From positions 911,645 to 975,644 of the forward strand of contig NW_003314296.1 of the NCBI RefSeq assembly GCF_000143415.4: 64,000 nucleotides of DNA, written 5' to 3'. The DNA comes from Selaginella moellendorffii (lineage: Eukaryota; Plantae; Lycopodiophyta). The translations under genes were made by a program, and so were the position numbers. Shown here piece after piece: positions 24,845 to 38,836 of the stretch. Under the pieces are notes generated by a model. The model made no database searches. It was not told the DNA's origin and was given only the letters and a program-made list of their open reading frames with translations. The first letter of the stretch is position 1. Each line of letters begins with the position of its first letter.

Positions 24845-26666
24845 GTGTTGCGCTCGGATCCGCTGACAATGCTTGCTTCGATGCTCCTCCAGCGGGCACA
24901 AGGAGATCACGGCATTCCCTCCGCGGCGATCTCCACCCTAGCTCCTGTCCGGATTGGAGATCTAGAGCCGGAATCGCGTGCGACGGGGCGTGTTCTTCAT
25001 GGATTTCTGGCCGCGGACGCGCTCATGATCGACGGCAGCGTCACGGACGATATGGGCGCGATCACGGCGATGGTCTCGGGGTTTCCGGCGATTCAGGGCT
25101 GGATCCCAGGTCCTACTGGTCCATCGCGCTTGACAATCCCGCGAACGTCGAGGTGCTCTCTTTCCTTGGCGAGGATTTCCTCCATGGACTTCAAGGTATG
25201 AGCCCCGCGAGGATCAGGATGGAAGGGAACAAGCTCTTCAAAGACGAGAGCTTTGAGGCTGCTGCTCAAGCCTATGGCTAGTGGCGCCGGCCAGGACGAT
25301 CGCCAGAATCGGGTTCTAGCTCTGTTTGCGTCAACGCTGCCAGTGCCGCTCTTGAAATGGATCCCAGCCTTCTCAAGAGTGTGTATCGCGAGGCGTTGGC
25401 TTTGCTCAAGCTCCATCTCTACGACTGGTCGTGCCAGCTCTTGAGAGATTTCGGGCAGATCAATTCATCGACCAGCTATTCGAGAAGTCCCAGAAACTTG
25501 CCAGGCAAAGCCGGGACAGCAGCAGCGTTGCTCAGGAGATTTCCAACTCTTTTCGCCCTTGGAGCGATTCCAACAGCGAGATCAAAGCGCCAGAGCTTGC
25601 CGATTACGTTGGCCCGGTGGAGGTGAAGATGTGTGAAGACAAGAGCACGAGGCGTGGCCGCGGGCTGTTTGCGACGAGAAAGATCAACCGAGGCGAGGTC
25701 GTGCTCGTGAGCAACGCGATCATCTTCGAGCAGGGTGAAAACAAGTCGGCTTGCGACCGAGACGCTGCTGCTCGGCTGCTTGAGATGGCCATGAAATCTT
25801 CACGGGTATACAAGCAGCTTCTCAGCCTCGTTTGCGAGGTGGCGGGCGACGAGCGAGAAGTCCCCGGCATGGAAACCTTCCGGCTGACCTGGAAAACTCC
25901 CGAGGATTGGCCGATTGACAGCAGCGGCAGAGAAGCACTAGAAGGCATTGAAGTGAAGCGAACCTTTGAGATCGTCACCAAGGCATCCTACCATTCGAGC
26001 TCCTCGCGCGGCTTCGTCTACCTGGATCCTGCGGAGCTTCATCAACCATTCCTGCGTTCCAAACGTCTGCAAAACGGATCTTGGAAAGGTGACCTGGTAC
26101 GTCGCGGCCCGAGATATCGAAGCTGGAGAAGAGCTCGTTCTCTGCTGGCCATCCTTACAGGCGCAAGAGGCTGGGTTTCGCGTGCGACTGCAAGAAGTGC
26201 TACCTGGCGACGCTGCTGGACAAGGATCTCGCGGAGGTGCTACTACAGGGACTTCGCCGAGGCAAACTTCGAGTTCTGGCTCAAGGGGGAGGCCAACCAG
26301 ATCGAGATGGTGAAGACGCTGGAGACAGTTCTCGCGAGCAGGCTCAAGGACGAGGAGGAGCGACAGTGCTTGCGAGCGATTCACTGGTCGCTCTACTCCT
26401 ATTACCAGAGGCTGCAGAGTGGGGAGGCGATGGTGGTGCCTGGCGTCCCGGCGGCGGAGGTGGTGATGGAGGCCATGGAAAGGTTCACGACGGCCAGCGA
26501 CGCAAATCTGGCATACTTGATTTCTCTGGCGGAGTTTGCACGGGACAAGGACGCGGCAAGGAGCGTGATGTGGGATAGCAAGCTTGGGAGACAGGAGGAT
26601 CATCGCATCGTCGAGGCTTTTGTCGAGAGAGATCTGGAGATTCTAGGAGCTTGGGGGTGGGCTTGA
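24845..26666 (+). pseudogene. TPR + SET-domain gene, copy 2, disrupted
   Basis: Direct paralogue of 10411-12334. Retains RGRGLFATRKINRGEVVL and SFINHSCVPN but has its own deletions and frameshifts. Confidence 0.8.
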
Positions 26667-27796
26667 GTTTCCCGTTTCTTCTTTTTCTTGATATGTTTTG
26701 CTTGATATGTTCGTGTGTGTGCGTCTGTTAGCTCGCGTTTTGTCATTGTCTTAGTGAGTCCTTTTTTACTTTCTTTTCATTTTTGTGTTTGTGTGCTTTT
26801 GTCGAGAGATGTCTAACGTTTACTTACAGGCAGAGAAAGTCTTCCAAGCATGTAAGCAAATATTTCTCTTTCGGTTCTTAGAGAACTCTCCTTTCTTTTT
26901 TTTGGTCTCAGGTGCTTGATCCGCCGCCACCTTTCTGATACACTCCATGAAGTGGAAGTGTATGTAGAAGGTCAAACGCATCGTCGTTCTCATGGAGAAG
27001 AATCGCCCCGAGCTCGACTCTATCGCCAGCCGCAACGCCAACAGAATGGCCGTGTCTGCGCTCCGACGTCGGCCGGTTGCCCGTTGTTCCTGGTCATGTC
27101 CTTGGAACTCGCTTGTAGGCGTTGAAAGCTATCTTAGAGAAGCAGTAGTAGCGAGCTCCTCGGCGACCCGAGGTACTCCGTGACGATTTCGTCGATGGCT
27201 TCCATCGACAGCTCGAAGATGTTTGAGATCTTATGGGTGAGAGTTTGGCGGCGATGATCCTGGATGCGTCGCCAACTTTCTGACTTTGCTGCCTCGAGTC
27301 CGGGATGGTGCTGTTTGGCAGCGCGGGATCGCTCCAGACTTCAGTGTTCTCATCGATTGGCTGCTGGTTTTTGCAGTGCAGGAGTTAGAGAAAGATCTTT
27401 GGAGGATTCAAGCTCGACAACATCCAACCGGCTTGATCTCACGTTGAAGATGCGGGCGATGGGCGCATGAGCGAGATCAAACTCTCGGTTAGCTTTCGAA
27501 CTGCGAGGTAATTCGTGTCATTCACGGCTTCGGAGTTCCCAAGTTTGTAATAACTTCCAAGCCATGCACCCAAGCATAGATGTTGAGTCATTTGCCCAAT
27601 ATGTCAAAACTGTAAAATTAATTAATGCTTATTCTTGGCCAGGTTCAGTCTCATCTTGCACACAGGTGAAATGCAGTTTTTCAAAATATTCTCTTCTTTT
27701 TGCTTAATAGGAGTTTAATTAACACTTGTTTTTTATATTAAGTTTTAATAATTATAGAGAATCATTTAAATAAATTAATACAAATTAATTATACTC

Positions 27797-30055
27797 TTAC
27801 CAGTAATCGTTGCAGGAGCAAACACCATCCTCAAAGTGATGGAACCGGTTGCAATCCCTCACCACAATCCTTCTGCCGCAAATCCTCGAGATAAACTTGA
27901 TGGCGGTGTGGCAGTCCGAGCACACTCTCAAGTTCTTCACCACTCGCAGCTCCGTCCCCGGCCGAGTGGTGACGAGCCCCAGCCCAATCGCCAGCTTCTC
28001 GCTGTGGTACGTGAGCAAATTCTCCTTCTCCTCCTCCTCCAGATCGTAGCTCACAAGCCTCGTGTCACGAACGTAGCCAGCTTCCACCATCTTCCTCTGG
28101 ATTTGCATCAGCTCGTAGAGGATGTCCCGGTGTCTGGGATGCGAGACTTCGCCAGCTTTGAATTCGTGAACTCGATCGTGGACTTCGATATAGCTGCACC
28201 CGGCTTGCTTCTTGATCCCACGCTCCTCCATTGCCTTCCTCACGATTCTCATCTCGTTCACCCGCTTGGCCTCTGCGTAGATGCTGGAGAGCAGTGCGTA
28301 AGGAGCTGAAGTATCCGGATCAGTGGCAAGGAAAGACTTTCCTACCCGAGCTCCTCGCTTGAGATCACCTTGCATCTTGCAAGCGGCCAGCAGCGTCAGC
28401 CAGGCAGATCCGTGAGGCTCGTAAGGCATCGTCTCGACGAGTTCTTCAGCGGCACCCAGTCGACCGGAGCGGCAGAGAAGATCCACCAGGCAGACGTAGT
28501 GATCCAGTCCTGGAACCAGGGCGTAGTCTCCAACCATGTCTACCAGATGGCCCCTGGCATCGCGAAGAAGTCCAGCGTGAGCACACACTGAGAGAATGCT
28601 TACGAAAGTTAGCTCGTCGGGAGTTTGGCCGTCGAGGTTCATCGCCAGGAACGTCTCCAGCGCCTCGGTTCCGTGACCATTGTGAGCAAACGCCGAGATC
28701 ATGATCGACCACGAGACCGCGTCCCTCTGGAGCATCTCCTGGAAAGCCGAGCTCGACTCCTCAACGCTGCCGCATCGCCCAAACATGTTGACGATCCCGT
28801 TCTGCAAGACAATGTCCCACTTTAGAGCGCTATTCATGATGCTCGAGTGGAGAACTCGGCCTTCTCGCAGCGCAGAGAGCTTACCGCACGCGTCGACAGC
28901 GCTCATGAAAGTAAATCTCGTCGGCTTGTAGCCCTCCACGTCCATCTTCTTGAAGAGCTCCATGGAAGTCCTGTGCTGGTTGCTCTGCGCGTAAGCTCCC
29001 ACAAGAGTGCTCCACGAGACATCGTCTCGGTCTCTCATCCTGTCGAAGATGGCCTGGACCTGGTGTGGATCGCCGCTTTGGCAGTAGGCCGCCATCAAGA
29101 CGTTCCAAGTCACGGTGCTCGGCCGGGGAGCAACGTCAAAGAGCTTCTGTGCCTCATCGAGAAAGCCATTGTGCGCATAGACCGAGATCATCGTCGTCCA
29201 AGTCACAGTGTTCCTTTGGATGGCGCTGCTGTTGAAAATCTCTCGGGACTTCGCCACCATCCGGCACTTGCCAAAGAAGTTGATGAGCGCCGTCGCCACG
29301 GCCGTGTCGGTCTCGCAGTCGTGCTCCAGCACCTCTTCGTGGATCGCCGAGCCCTCTGGCAGAGCTCCCAGATTCCCAGCCGCGTCCAGAGCGCTCACAA
29401 AGGTCACCTTGTTCGGCTGGAACCCCTGGAGATCCATGGCCTTGAAGAGCTTGAGTGCCTCTTTGGAGAAGGCGTTCTGCGCATACCCGGCAATCATCGA
29501 GTTCCAGGAGACGATGTTCTTCTCTGGAATCGTGTCGAAGAGCTTCCTGGATTCATAGAGGTCGCCGTGCTGAGCGTAGGCCGCGATCATAGAGTTCCAA
29601 GACACCACATTCGTCTCTGGCACTCGCTGGAACACCGATGCCGCCTCGAGCAAATGCCCGTTTTGGGCGTATGCCGCGATCATCACGTTCCCGGAGAAGA
29701 CATTGCGGCTGTCGATGCGATCGAACGCCTTCTTGGCCCGATCGACGTCGCCGCAGCTGCCATACATGGTGATCAGGGTATTTCCCAGGAATGTGTAGCC
29801 ATCGAACCTCCTCCTCGCAATCTCCTCGTGGAGGAGCTGCCCGAGATCCAGAGCCCTGGCGCTCGCGCATTGCCGGAGGAGCGATGCGTAGGTCTCGAGA
29901 TCTGGCTTGCTGCTGGGATCGTCGCCGCTGTTCTTGCAAAGATTGACAATCGGCGCCTTGAGCAAGCCTGGATCGCCTACCTTGTCGGAAAGCTTGAGAA
30001 TCTCTGCTGTCCTGCTTGGAATCCTCCACAGCGAAGCGCTCAATCCCGCGGGCAT
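27797..30055 (-). CDS. PLS-E-DYW PPR protein (organellar C-to-U editing factor)
   Basis: PLS repeats, AGCSYIEV box, HSEKLA...CSDCH...CSCNDYW. First in-frame ATG at 30055; the ORF track starts at an upstream GTG. Confidence 0.95.
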   Translation of the reverse strand: MPAGLSASLWRIPSRTAEILKLSDKVGDPGLLKAPIVNLCKNSGDDPSSKPDLETYASLLRQCASARALDLGQLLHEEIARRRFDGYTFLGNTLITMYGSCGDVDRAKKAFDRIDSRNVFSGNVMIAAYAQNGHLLEAASVFQRVPETNVVSWNSMIAAYAQHGDLYESRKLFDTIPEKNIVSWNSMIAGYAQNAFSKEALKLFKAMDLQGFQPNKVTFVSALDAAGNLGALPEGSAIHEEVLEHDCETDTAVATALINFFGKCRMVAKSREIFNSSAIQRNTVTWTTMISVYAHNGFLDEAQKLFDVAPRPSTVTWNVLMAAYCQSGDPHQVQAIFDRMRDRDDVSWSTLVGAYAQSNQHRTSMELFKKMDVEGYKPTRFTFMSAVDACGKLSALREGRVLHSSIMNSALKWDIVLQNGIVNMFGRCGSVEESSSAFQEMLQRDAVSWSIMISAFAHNGHGTEALETFLAMNLDGQTPDELTFVSILSVCAHAGLLRDARGHLVDMVGDYALVPGLDHYVCLVDLLCRSGRLGAAEELVETMPYEPHGSAWLTLLAACKMQGDLKRGARVGKSFLATDPDTSAPYALLSSIYAEAKRVNEMRIVRKAMEERGIKKQAGCSYIEVHDRVHEFKAGEVSHPRHRDILYELMQIQRKMVEAGYVRDTRLVSYDLEEEEKENLLTYHSEKLAIGLGLVTTRPGTELRVVKNLRVCSDCHTAIKFISRICGRRIVVRDCNRFHHFEDGVCSCNDYW

Positions 30056-30123
30056 GAATGGCACCACATTAGGGTTTATAGCCTAGATAGCGCTATTCTC
30101 TCCTTTCTAGCCATAGATCGATC

Positions 30124-30698
30124 ATGGCGGCCGCGAAGACCACCGGGAGATTCTCCGCGCAGCTCAAGAAGATCTGGAACAGCGAGGTCGGCCCCAAGAC
30201 GACGCATTTCTGGGGTCCCATCGCGAATTGGGGCTTCGTCGCGGCTGTGAGTGGATTTCTTCTCCTAGATTCTCGAGGTTTTTGGGGAATTGCTTCTCAG
30301 GGATTGCGCAATCGCAGGGTCTGGCCGATCTAAGCAAGCCGCCGGAGCTCATGTCTGGAAATATGACCTGCGGTGAGTGAATTTCGATGGATTATCTTTG
30401 CTTTCGATCGATCTCCAGAGGGAATTTCTTGCAGCGATGTGCATCTACTCGGCATTGTTCATGCGATTCTCCATGGCGATCAAGCCCAAGAACTACTTGC
30501 TCTTTGGCTGCCACGCCGCCAATGAGACCGTCCAGCTCTATCATCTCTCGAGAATCTACAAGTACCAGTTAAGCTCTCTCTCTCTCTCGATTCTCTCGCT
30601 CGCGATCTCCTCTCTCACACTGTGTTCTTCCCAGCTCCTCGCGAAAGGAGGAAGAAGAGGCAGCCAAAAGCGTGGAAGAAGAAAAGGTCGTTCGTTAG
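30124..30698 (+). CDS. MPC1: Mitochondrial pyruvate carrier 1
   Basis: WNSEVGPKTTHFWGPIANWGFVAAGLAD..SGNMT..YSALFMRF..PKNYLLFGCHAANETVQL over 4 exons. Confidence 0.9.
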
Positions 30699-31035
30699 CG
30701 TTAAACATGATTTGGTCATAATCACGGATTATTCCTTTAAAAATGTTTTTAGGGCCACGTCATCTACTAGGTTTTACCACGTCACGCATGTCATAGCGTG
30801 CTAGGAAAAACGCGTTCTCCACGATTGGGGCGAGAATACGCTCGTCGCGAAGGAATAGAAATGGTCATTCACGATAAGTCCGAGAGGAGGAGGAGATCGA
30901 GCTGCCGCCGGTCAAGATCCACGCTCAACACCGCGTAATCCTTCTCTCGAGCGCGCCAGGTGAGCGAATCGATCCAATCCAGCTCTAGCGCCGCGCGCTC
31001 GAGAAATCGATCGATCGTTATCAGGTCAGGGGAGA

Positions 31036-33234
<2,199 letters not shown>

Positions 33235-33365
33235 GTACCTGTGAGAAAAACTTGGGTTCGCTTTTATTTTCTTTTTGCCTTGAGCTTTGGATTTTTGCTA
33301 ATCAAAATAAGTCGCAGAGAGAAATTACAGTCATCGTACTTGTTACGATCGATCGATCGATCGAT

Positions 33366-34572
33366 TCAAGGTGCTGCTGCGTCGGCAGGCTTTTCCTCTA
33401 CTGGATTCTTCCTATACTCGGGTTTAAGCTCGTAAGTCCCTTGGTTGGTTCCCCTCTTGTTGTAAGTGCAGAGATCGTTGAGAATCTCCTTCAGGAAGGC
33501 CTGAGAAAGAAGAGCTCGTGAAAACGATATCACAGTAACGAAGAGAAGAGTTTGCTTTTACGTACCACAGGCTGGTCGGTTCTCTGGACGAGCTGCTTCA
33601 AAGCCCAGTTGGCCTGTTGCTCGAAGAGCTTGAAGACATGGTCTTCCAATTCGCCCCTCTCTCTCCTCGTTCTCTTGCCGTCATTGTTCTTGGCATTGAC
33701 AGGCGCTTTTCTCTTGGCAGCATCCTTCAAAATAAAAAGTAAAGAGATTGATTTTCGTATAACTTCTCATAGTTTGTGGGTGGATTACCTTGGATGACTG
33801 CAACATAATCGTCGGTGGAAGAGCTGGTCTCATCAGGTTTCCACGATCGTCTTTCAAGACCTGGATGGATCAAAGAAACACTGTATTGTATCAGTCCCCA
33901 TTGCGAGCTTCACTTACCTGTATCGTTCTCGTTTTCATGTTAAACTTTCGATCCCTCTCTCGGCAGAGCTGCCTGTACTCCTCGCGAGCTTTGCTGTTTG
34001 GTTTGATATCAAACTTTCGCTCGACTTTACCCTCCACGGCAAGCCTCCCTGCCATGGCAGAAAGAAAAAAAACACGGCGTCAATCAGCTCGTTCTCTGCA
34101 GATAATAAAACGCAATGCATTCTAATGCACACGAAGGAACGATCAAACAAAACTAAGAGAGAAAATCCGCGCACCCTGTGTGTCGGAAAAGATGTGCGTT
34201 GGCACGACATCTTTCTGGAGATTGAGGCTATAAGCTTTGATGTCATCTGGCCCCGAAAGTTCCATTGTGAACTTAAAACAGCAAAGAAGAAGAGAAAAAA
34301 TTTCAGCAGGGAGAGCAAATTCTCTACGCCGAGCAAAGGAGCGCAGCGCTCACCTCTAGTGCGGCCTCCGGGTCTGGATTGAGAGGATCGAATGTGCAAG
34401 TGACTTTGGCGAGCGTCGGATCCGCTGGCCCCGCGCCAGCGGCAACGCTCTTGCCGCTGGAATCTTGCGCGTTCCACGCCGTGGCAACGATCGCTGGGAG
34501 CTTGAGCAGCCATACCTGACCCTCGGCCTGCGCGACATCGAGCGGGACGCTCCCATCGTCTGCTCCAGACAT
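33366..34572 (-). CDS. General transcription factor IIF subunit beta (RAP30)
   Basis: VWLLKLP N-terminus; ELEDHVFKLFEQQANWALKQLVQRTDQP; FLKEILNDLCTYNKRGTNQGTYELKPEY. Confidence 0.9.
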
Positions 34573-35756
34573 CTCTCCTTCCTTTTATGCCCTAATATAA
34601 TTTATGCTAATAAAACGATTAGATTAACCTGTTTTATATGGATCCAACTTTGAGTTTATGGGAGCCACAAAAACGGACTTCCACCAAATGTGAGTGTTAA
34701 CATAACGCAAAGCTTGTTGCAGTCCTGAGTCAATCTTTAATACACCGGCACTGAAATTGCGATCCCCACCCCCCCCAAAATAAATTTTAAAATCTTTTAG
34801 AACAATTATATCATTATAAAAGAAGTATTTAAAAATATTCTTTAATCAATGTTTGCTCTAATGGAGAAGCTTCTCCAATCTTCCCACTCTCGATTTTGGC
34901 AAACTTATTATACTTGATCACGTTATTGATAAAGGCATTTTATCCACATATATTCTAGGAAGCTACACTTCATTCAACCTTTGTAGCTCCATAAGTGTTG
35001 AATACTTTCACTATGGAAGAAACTTTTGTGCAATAGAAATTAGTCTTGAGTAAGTTAATCAGCACTTCTCTAGAACCTTTAAATGTTGTTGAGTTATAGT
35101 AGCAATGGAAGCTTGAACTCCATCTCTGACCTCAGCTTTACAAATGGAGTGTATGACATGTATATACTCTTTGGTCTCAGCATGAGCATGGAAGCTAGAA
35201 GTCTTTATGTTAGTTGAATTAGATAAAGCAAAGACTTCTGAATTGCTTGCTGGATGTATAAAGATTTATAAATAGAATTAGAATAAAGTTACCTTTTTCC
35301 TCGTCAAAAACTACCACCATTTCTTTTTCCATTCTGATAACATTTCTTCATCCATCTCATCTTCTCTTCAGTTTAAATCCCCTAGTAGGCTCTCAACCCT
35401 GCCTGCTTGCGTTGCCCTTATCACCTTGCCGAATTGGCAATTTCTCAATGCTTACACATCATGCATATTACCTGTTTTAACTAATCCCAACCCTAAACAT
35501 GAAATTGTCCTACAAAGGCACCTAGGACATAATGGTACATGAAACCAGCTGATACATTATATGTTGGAAAACTCAAACATTCTAAAATTTGATATAGTTT
35601 TGGAGGAAATAAAAGTAGGTTTGCTAAAATATATATTATTGTATTAAACTAAAATTAAACCAGAAATAAATATTTCTATAAACAGAAATGTTAAAAATTT
35701 CAGAATATCAAAGAATATCCTTAAATATATGAATAAGATACCAGTTTGCCCTAAAA

Positions 35757-37631
35757 ATGGGGAAGCTCCTCCCAGTAAAGCGCAATGTCCCCCGGGCCTC
35801 GATTTTGGGCATTCTTGAGAGGTTTGGAGATGGATTTGTCGTCCAGGAGGAGCTGCAAGATCGGGCGGAGGCCCGGCCACTCGAGCAGCGCCTCCAGCTT
35901 CTCAAGGACACGCTTCGGATCAAGAGAACAGTGGCTCTGCTCGAGCGATGGGAGCTTCAAGCGCTGGATCCTCTGCTGTATCGCGCGTTCATGAGGCTGT
36001 GCGCCAGATCAAAGGCGCTGGAGGAGGGCCAGCGGATTCACGCGCATCTAGCTTCTCGCGGCTACTCTGGTCACCGATTCCTGGCCAGCGAGCTCGTGAT
36101 CATGTATGGGAGATGCGAGCGCCTGGACCTTGCCAAGATCGCTTTCGAGAGCATCAAGGATCCCGACACGTGGTCCTACAATTGCTTGCTCGCGGCGCTG
36201 ACGAGCAACGGGCATCTCCACCCGGCGATCGAGCTGTTCGAGCGCATTCCAGATCGGGATATTGTCTCTTGGAACACCATGCTCCAGGCGTTCGTGAGGC
36301 TAGGGTTCTTCCAAGAAGCGCGGGATCTCTTCCTCGAGATGCCGGACCGCAATGCCGTGTCATGGACGATCATGCTCACGGCGTACGCGCGGAACCAGCG
36401 GCTTGACGAAGCCATGGAGTTCCTGGATGCGATGCCGGATAGGAATGCCGTGTCTTGGAATGTGATGATCGCGGCTTTCGGCCACAGCGGCGATGGGAAT
36501 CTCGACATGCCGATTGAGATTTTCAGGATGATGCTGCTCGATGGAGTTCCTCCAGTGATCGGTACGTTCGTCACGATTTTCGGTGTTCTTGGATTGCTGA
36601 TGGATGTGAAGCTTGGCAGCGAGATCCATGGTCTTGTTCTTGAGAGGGGCCTCGGCGCCAACCTCCATGTCATGAACGCGGTGCTTAGAATGTACACGGC
36701 GTGCCAGAGCTTGGAAGATTGCGAGAGAACGCTGGAATCTATGGAAGCCAGGGACACGGTAACTTGGAGCTTGATGATCACTGCTTACTCCCGCGATGGA
36801 GATATTGGCAGAGCTGTGAGAGTGTTCCAGGAGATGGCGTCTAGAGACGAGATTGCAGTGAGCTCCATGGTCGTGGCGTATGCCCAGCACGGGTATCTGG
36901 ATCAAGCCCGGATTCTCTTTGAGGATTTGCCAGAGAAAGAACACCAAGTGAGCGGTGAGTTGATCAGAGCCTATGGTGCTGCTGGTGATCTCGTTGGTGC
37001 TGAGGCCTTGTTTGATTCTTTGCAGCATCGCGACGAGCGCTCCTGGAACTCTATGGTTTTTGCGTATGCTCGGTGCGGGCATGCTGGAGATAGCATCACT
37101 TTCCTCGCCGCGATGGTGCTCGAAGGATTCCAGCCTAGCGACGAAGCTCTCACTGCGATTTTCCGAGCGTGCTCCACCAGCGCGGAAGGATTCTCTCGAG
37201 GTAAACTCGTCTATCGAGAACTTTGCAGAGATTTACTCTCCAGTGCTCCAATCCAGGCAGAAGCTCTCGGGATGTTCTCGGCGCAGGGAAGTCTTGCGGA
37301 GACGTGCTCGGTGTTTTCGGAGATGAGTGCTCGAAGCACTGCTGCCTGGAACATTATCATCGCCAGATACGCTCGCGAAAGGTTGCAAACTTCGATGATC
37401 TTCCATCTCATGAACAGGGAGGGATTTTTACCCGACGATTCAACGTTTCTCAGCGTTCTTCCGCGGAAAAGTCCCGAAGAGTGTGGAAAAATCCTTGCCT
37501 TGATGGTCGAGAGCTTTAACATCGAGCCAAGGCTGGAACACTACGCTTGTCTTGCGGACTCGCTACGATATGCCGGTGATGCCAAAGATGCCCAAGAGGT
37601 GCTACGAAGATACCAGGTACGTCAGCCCTAA
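35757..37631 (+). CDS. PLS-class PPR protein with degenerate or truncated C-terminus
   Basis: 624-aa ORF with DIVSWNTML, NAVSWTIML and LEHYACLAD motifs. Confidence 0.85.
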   Translation: MGKLLPVKRNVPRASILGILERFGDGFVVQEELQDRAEARPLEQRLQLLKDTLRIKRTVALLERWELQALDPLLYRAFMRLCARSKALEEGQRIHAHLASRGYSGHRFLASELVIMYGRCERLDLAKIAFESIKDPDTWSYNCLLAALTSNGHLHPAIELFERIPDRDIVSWNTMLQAFVRLGFFQEARDLFLEMPDRNAVSWTIMLTAYARNQRLDEAMEFLDAMPDRNAVSWNVMIAAFGHSGDGNLDMPIEIFRMMLLDGVPPVIGTFVTIFGVLGLLMDVKLGSEIHGLVLERGLGANLHVMNAVLRMYTACQSLEDCERTLESMEARDTVTWSLMITAYSRDGDIGRAVRVFQEMASRDEIAVSSMVVAYAQHGYLDQARILFEDLPEKEHQVSGELIRAYGAAGDLVGAEALFDSLQHRDERSWNSMVFAYARCGHAGDSITFLAAMVLEGFQPSDEALTAIFRACSTSAEGFSRGKLVYRELCRDLLSSAPIQAEALGMFSAQGSLAETCSVFSEMSARSTAAWNIIIARYARERLQTSMIFHLMNREGFLPDDSTFLSVLPRKSPEECGKILALMVESFNIEPRLEHYACLADSLRYAGDAKDAQEVLRRYQVRQP

Positions 37632-37686
37632 TGCCACGATCTCTTAGGTTTTGCTCTTTCCTTTTCCTTCCTCTTTAGGCGCAACG

Positions 37687-38621
37687 ATGAGTTTTCTCTT
37701 TGGGAAGAAGAAGACGCCAGCAGGTGGGTGATGGTTGTTTGAGTGGAATTTGAGCTCACGATGTGGCGGGGCAGAGCTGCTGCGCGAAAACAAGCGCATG
37801 CTGGATAAATCGATCCGGGAGATCGAGAGGGAGCGGCAGAATCTCCAGACTCAAGAGAAGAAGCTGATTGCCGAGATCAAGAAGACTGCAAAGCAAGGGC
37901 AGATGGTATGTGAATTTGCGAGAGTTTTTTCCTTGGCGGACGCGTTTTCATTCAAAGTTCCTTTTTTTGTTTGCCGCGTTTGTTTCTAGAGTGCTGTGAA
38001 GGTCATGGCGAAGGATTTGATCAGAACCCGGCACCAAATAACAAAGTTTTACGGACTTAAATCGCAGCTTCAAGGCGTGTCTCTCCGAATCCAGGTACTC
38101 GCTAAGTCGCACCGTATGTTTTTCTTCTATAAAGGAGGATTTTTTACAGACACTGAAATCGACGCAAGCTATGGCGGATGCAATGAAAGGCGTGACAAAG
38201 GCGATGTCACAGATGAACAAGCAGCTGAATCTACCGGCTCTCCAGAAGATCATGCGTGAATTCGAGCTCCAGAACGAGAAGATGGAGTTCACTTCGGAGC
38301 TCATTGACGACGCGTTCGAGGAGGCGTTTGAAGGGGACGAGGAGGAGGAAGAAACCGAAGAGCTGGTGAGCCAGGTCCTGGACGAGATTGGCATCGATCT
38401 GGATCAACAGGTACCTTACTCACCTCTCGCAGCTCAGAGCAAGTCTCTCATCTCTGGATGAAATTTTCTCGCAGCTTGTTCGTGCTCCTGCGAATTCCAC
38501 CGCTGCTCCAGTGGAAACTTCGGCTCCAGGAAGAGTAGCCCAGCCCACTGGAGCGTCCGGAGACGATGCTGGAATCGACAGTGATCTCCAAGCTCGCCTG
38601 GATAATCTGCGAAGGCTATAA
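37687..38621 (+). CDS. VPS2: ESCRT-III subunit VPS2 (CHMP2A)
   Basis: MSFLFGKKKTPAELLRENKRMLDKSIREIERER...DSDLQARLDNLRRL over 5 exons. Confidence 0.93.
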
Positions 38622-38836
38622 GATCACCTTATATTCTTTGGTGTACATACATATACTTTTACTACGACAATAAAATTTTGGTACGGACAAGGTGCGAAGT
38701 AGTACGGATCCCGCCACTAGGGTTTCTAGGGTTCTTGTTTGCCCATGGCGCTGGCGAATGCTAGCGCCAGAGGACCGCCGCGGCGCGCTGGGGGTGGATT
38801 GGCGATCGCCTGAGCTGCATTGCTACCGTCGTCGAC

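Noticed and set aside
26820-27500. Coding-like GC-rich segment on the minus strand
   Set aside because: Multiple stops and no family recognisable by eye; may be a pseudogene but cannot be supported.
28847-30250. 467-aa ORF antisense to PPR-DYW, and similar antisense ORFs over the other PPRs, CDPK and RNase H
   Set aside because: Shadow frames of GC-rich coding sequence with no recognisable motifs.
34860-35500. Possible exon remnants between TFIIF and the PPR
   Set aside because: No sustained frame or recognisable motif.
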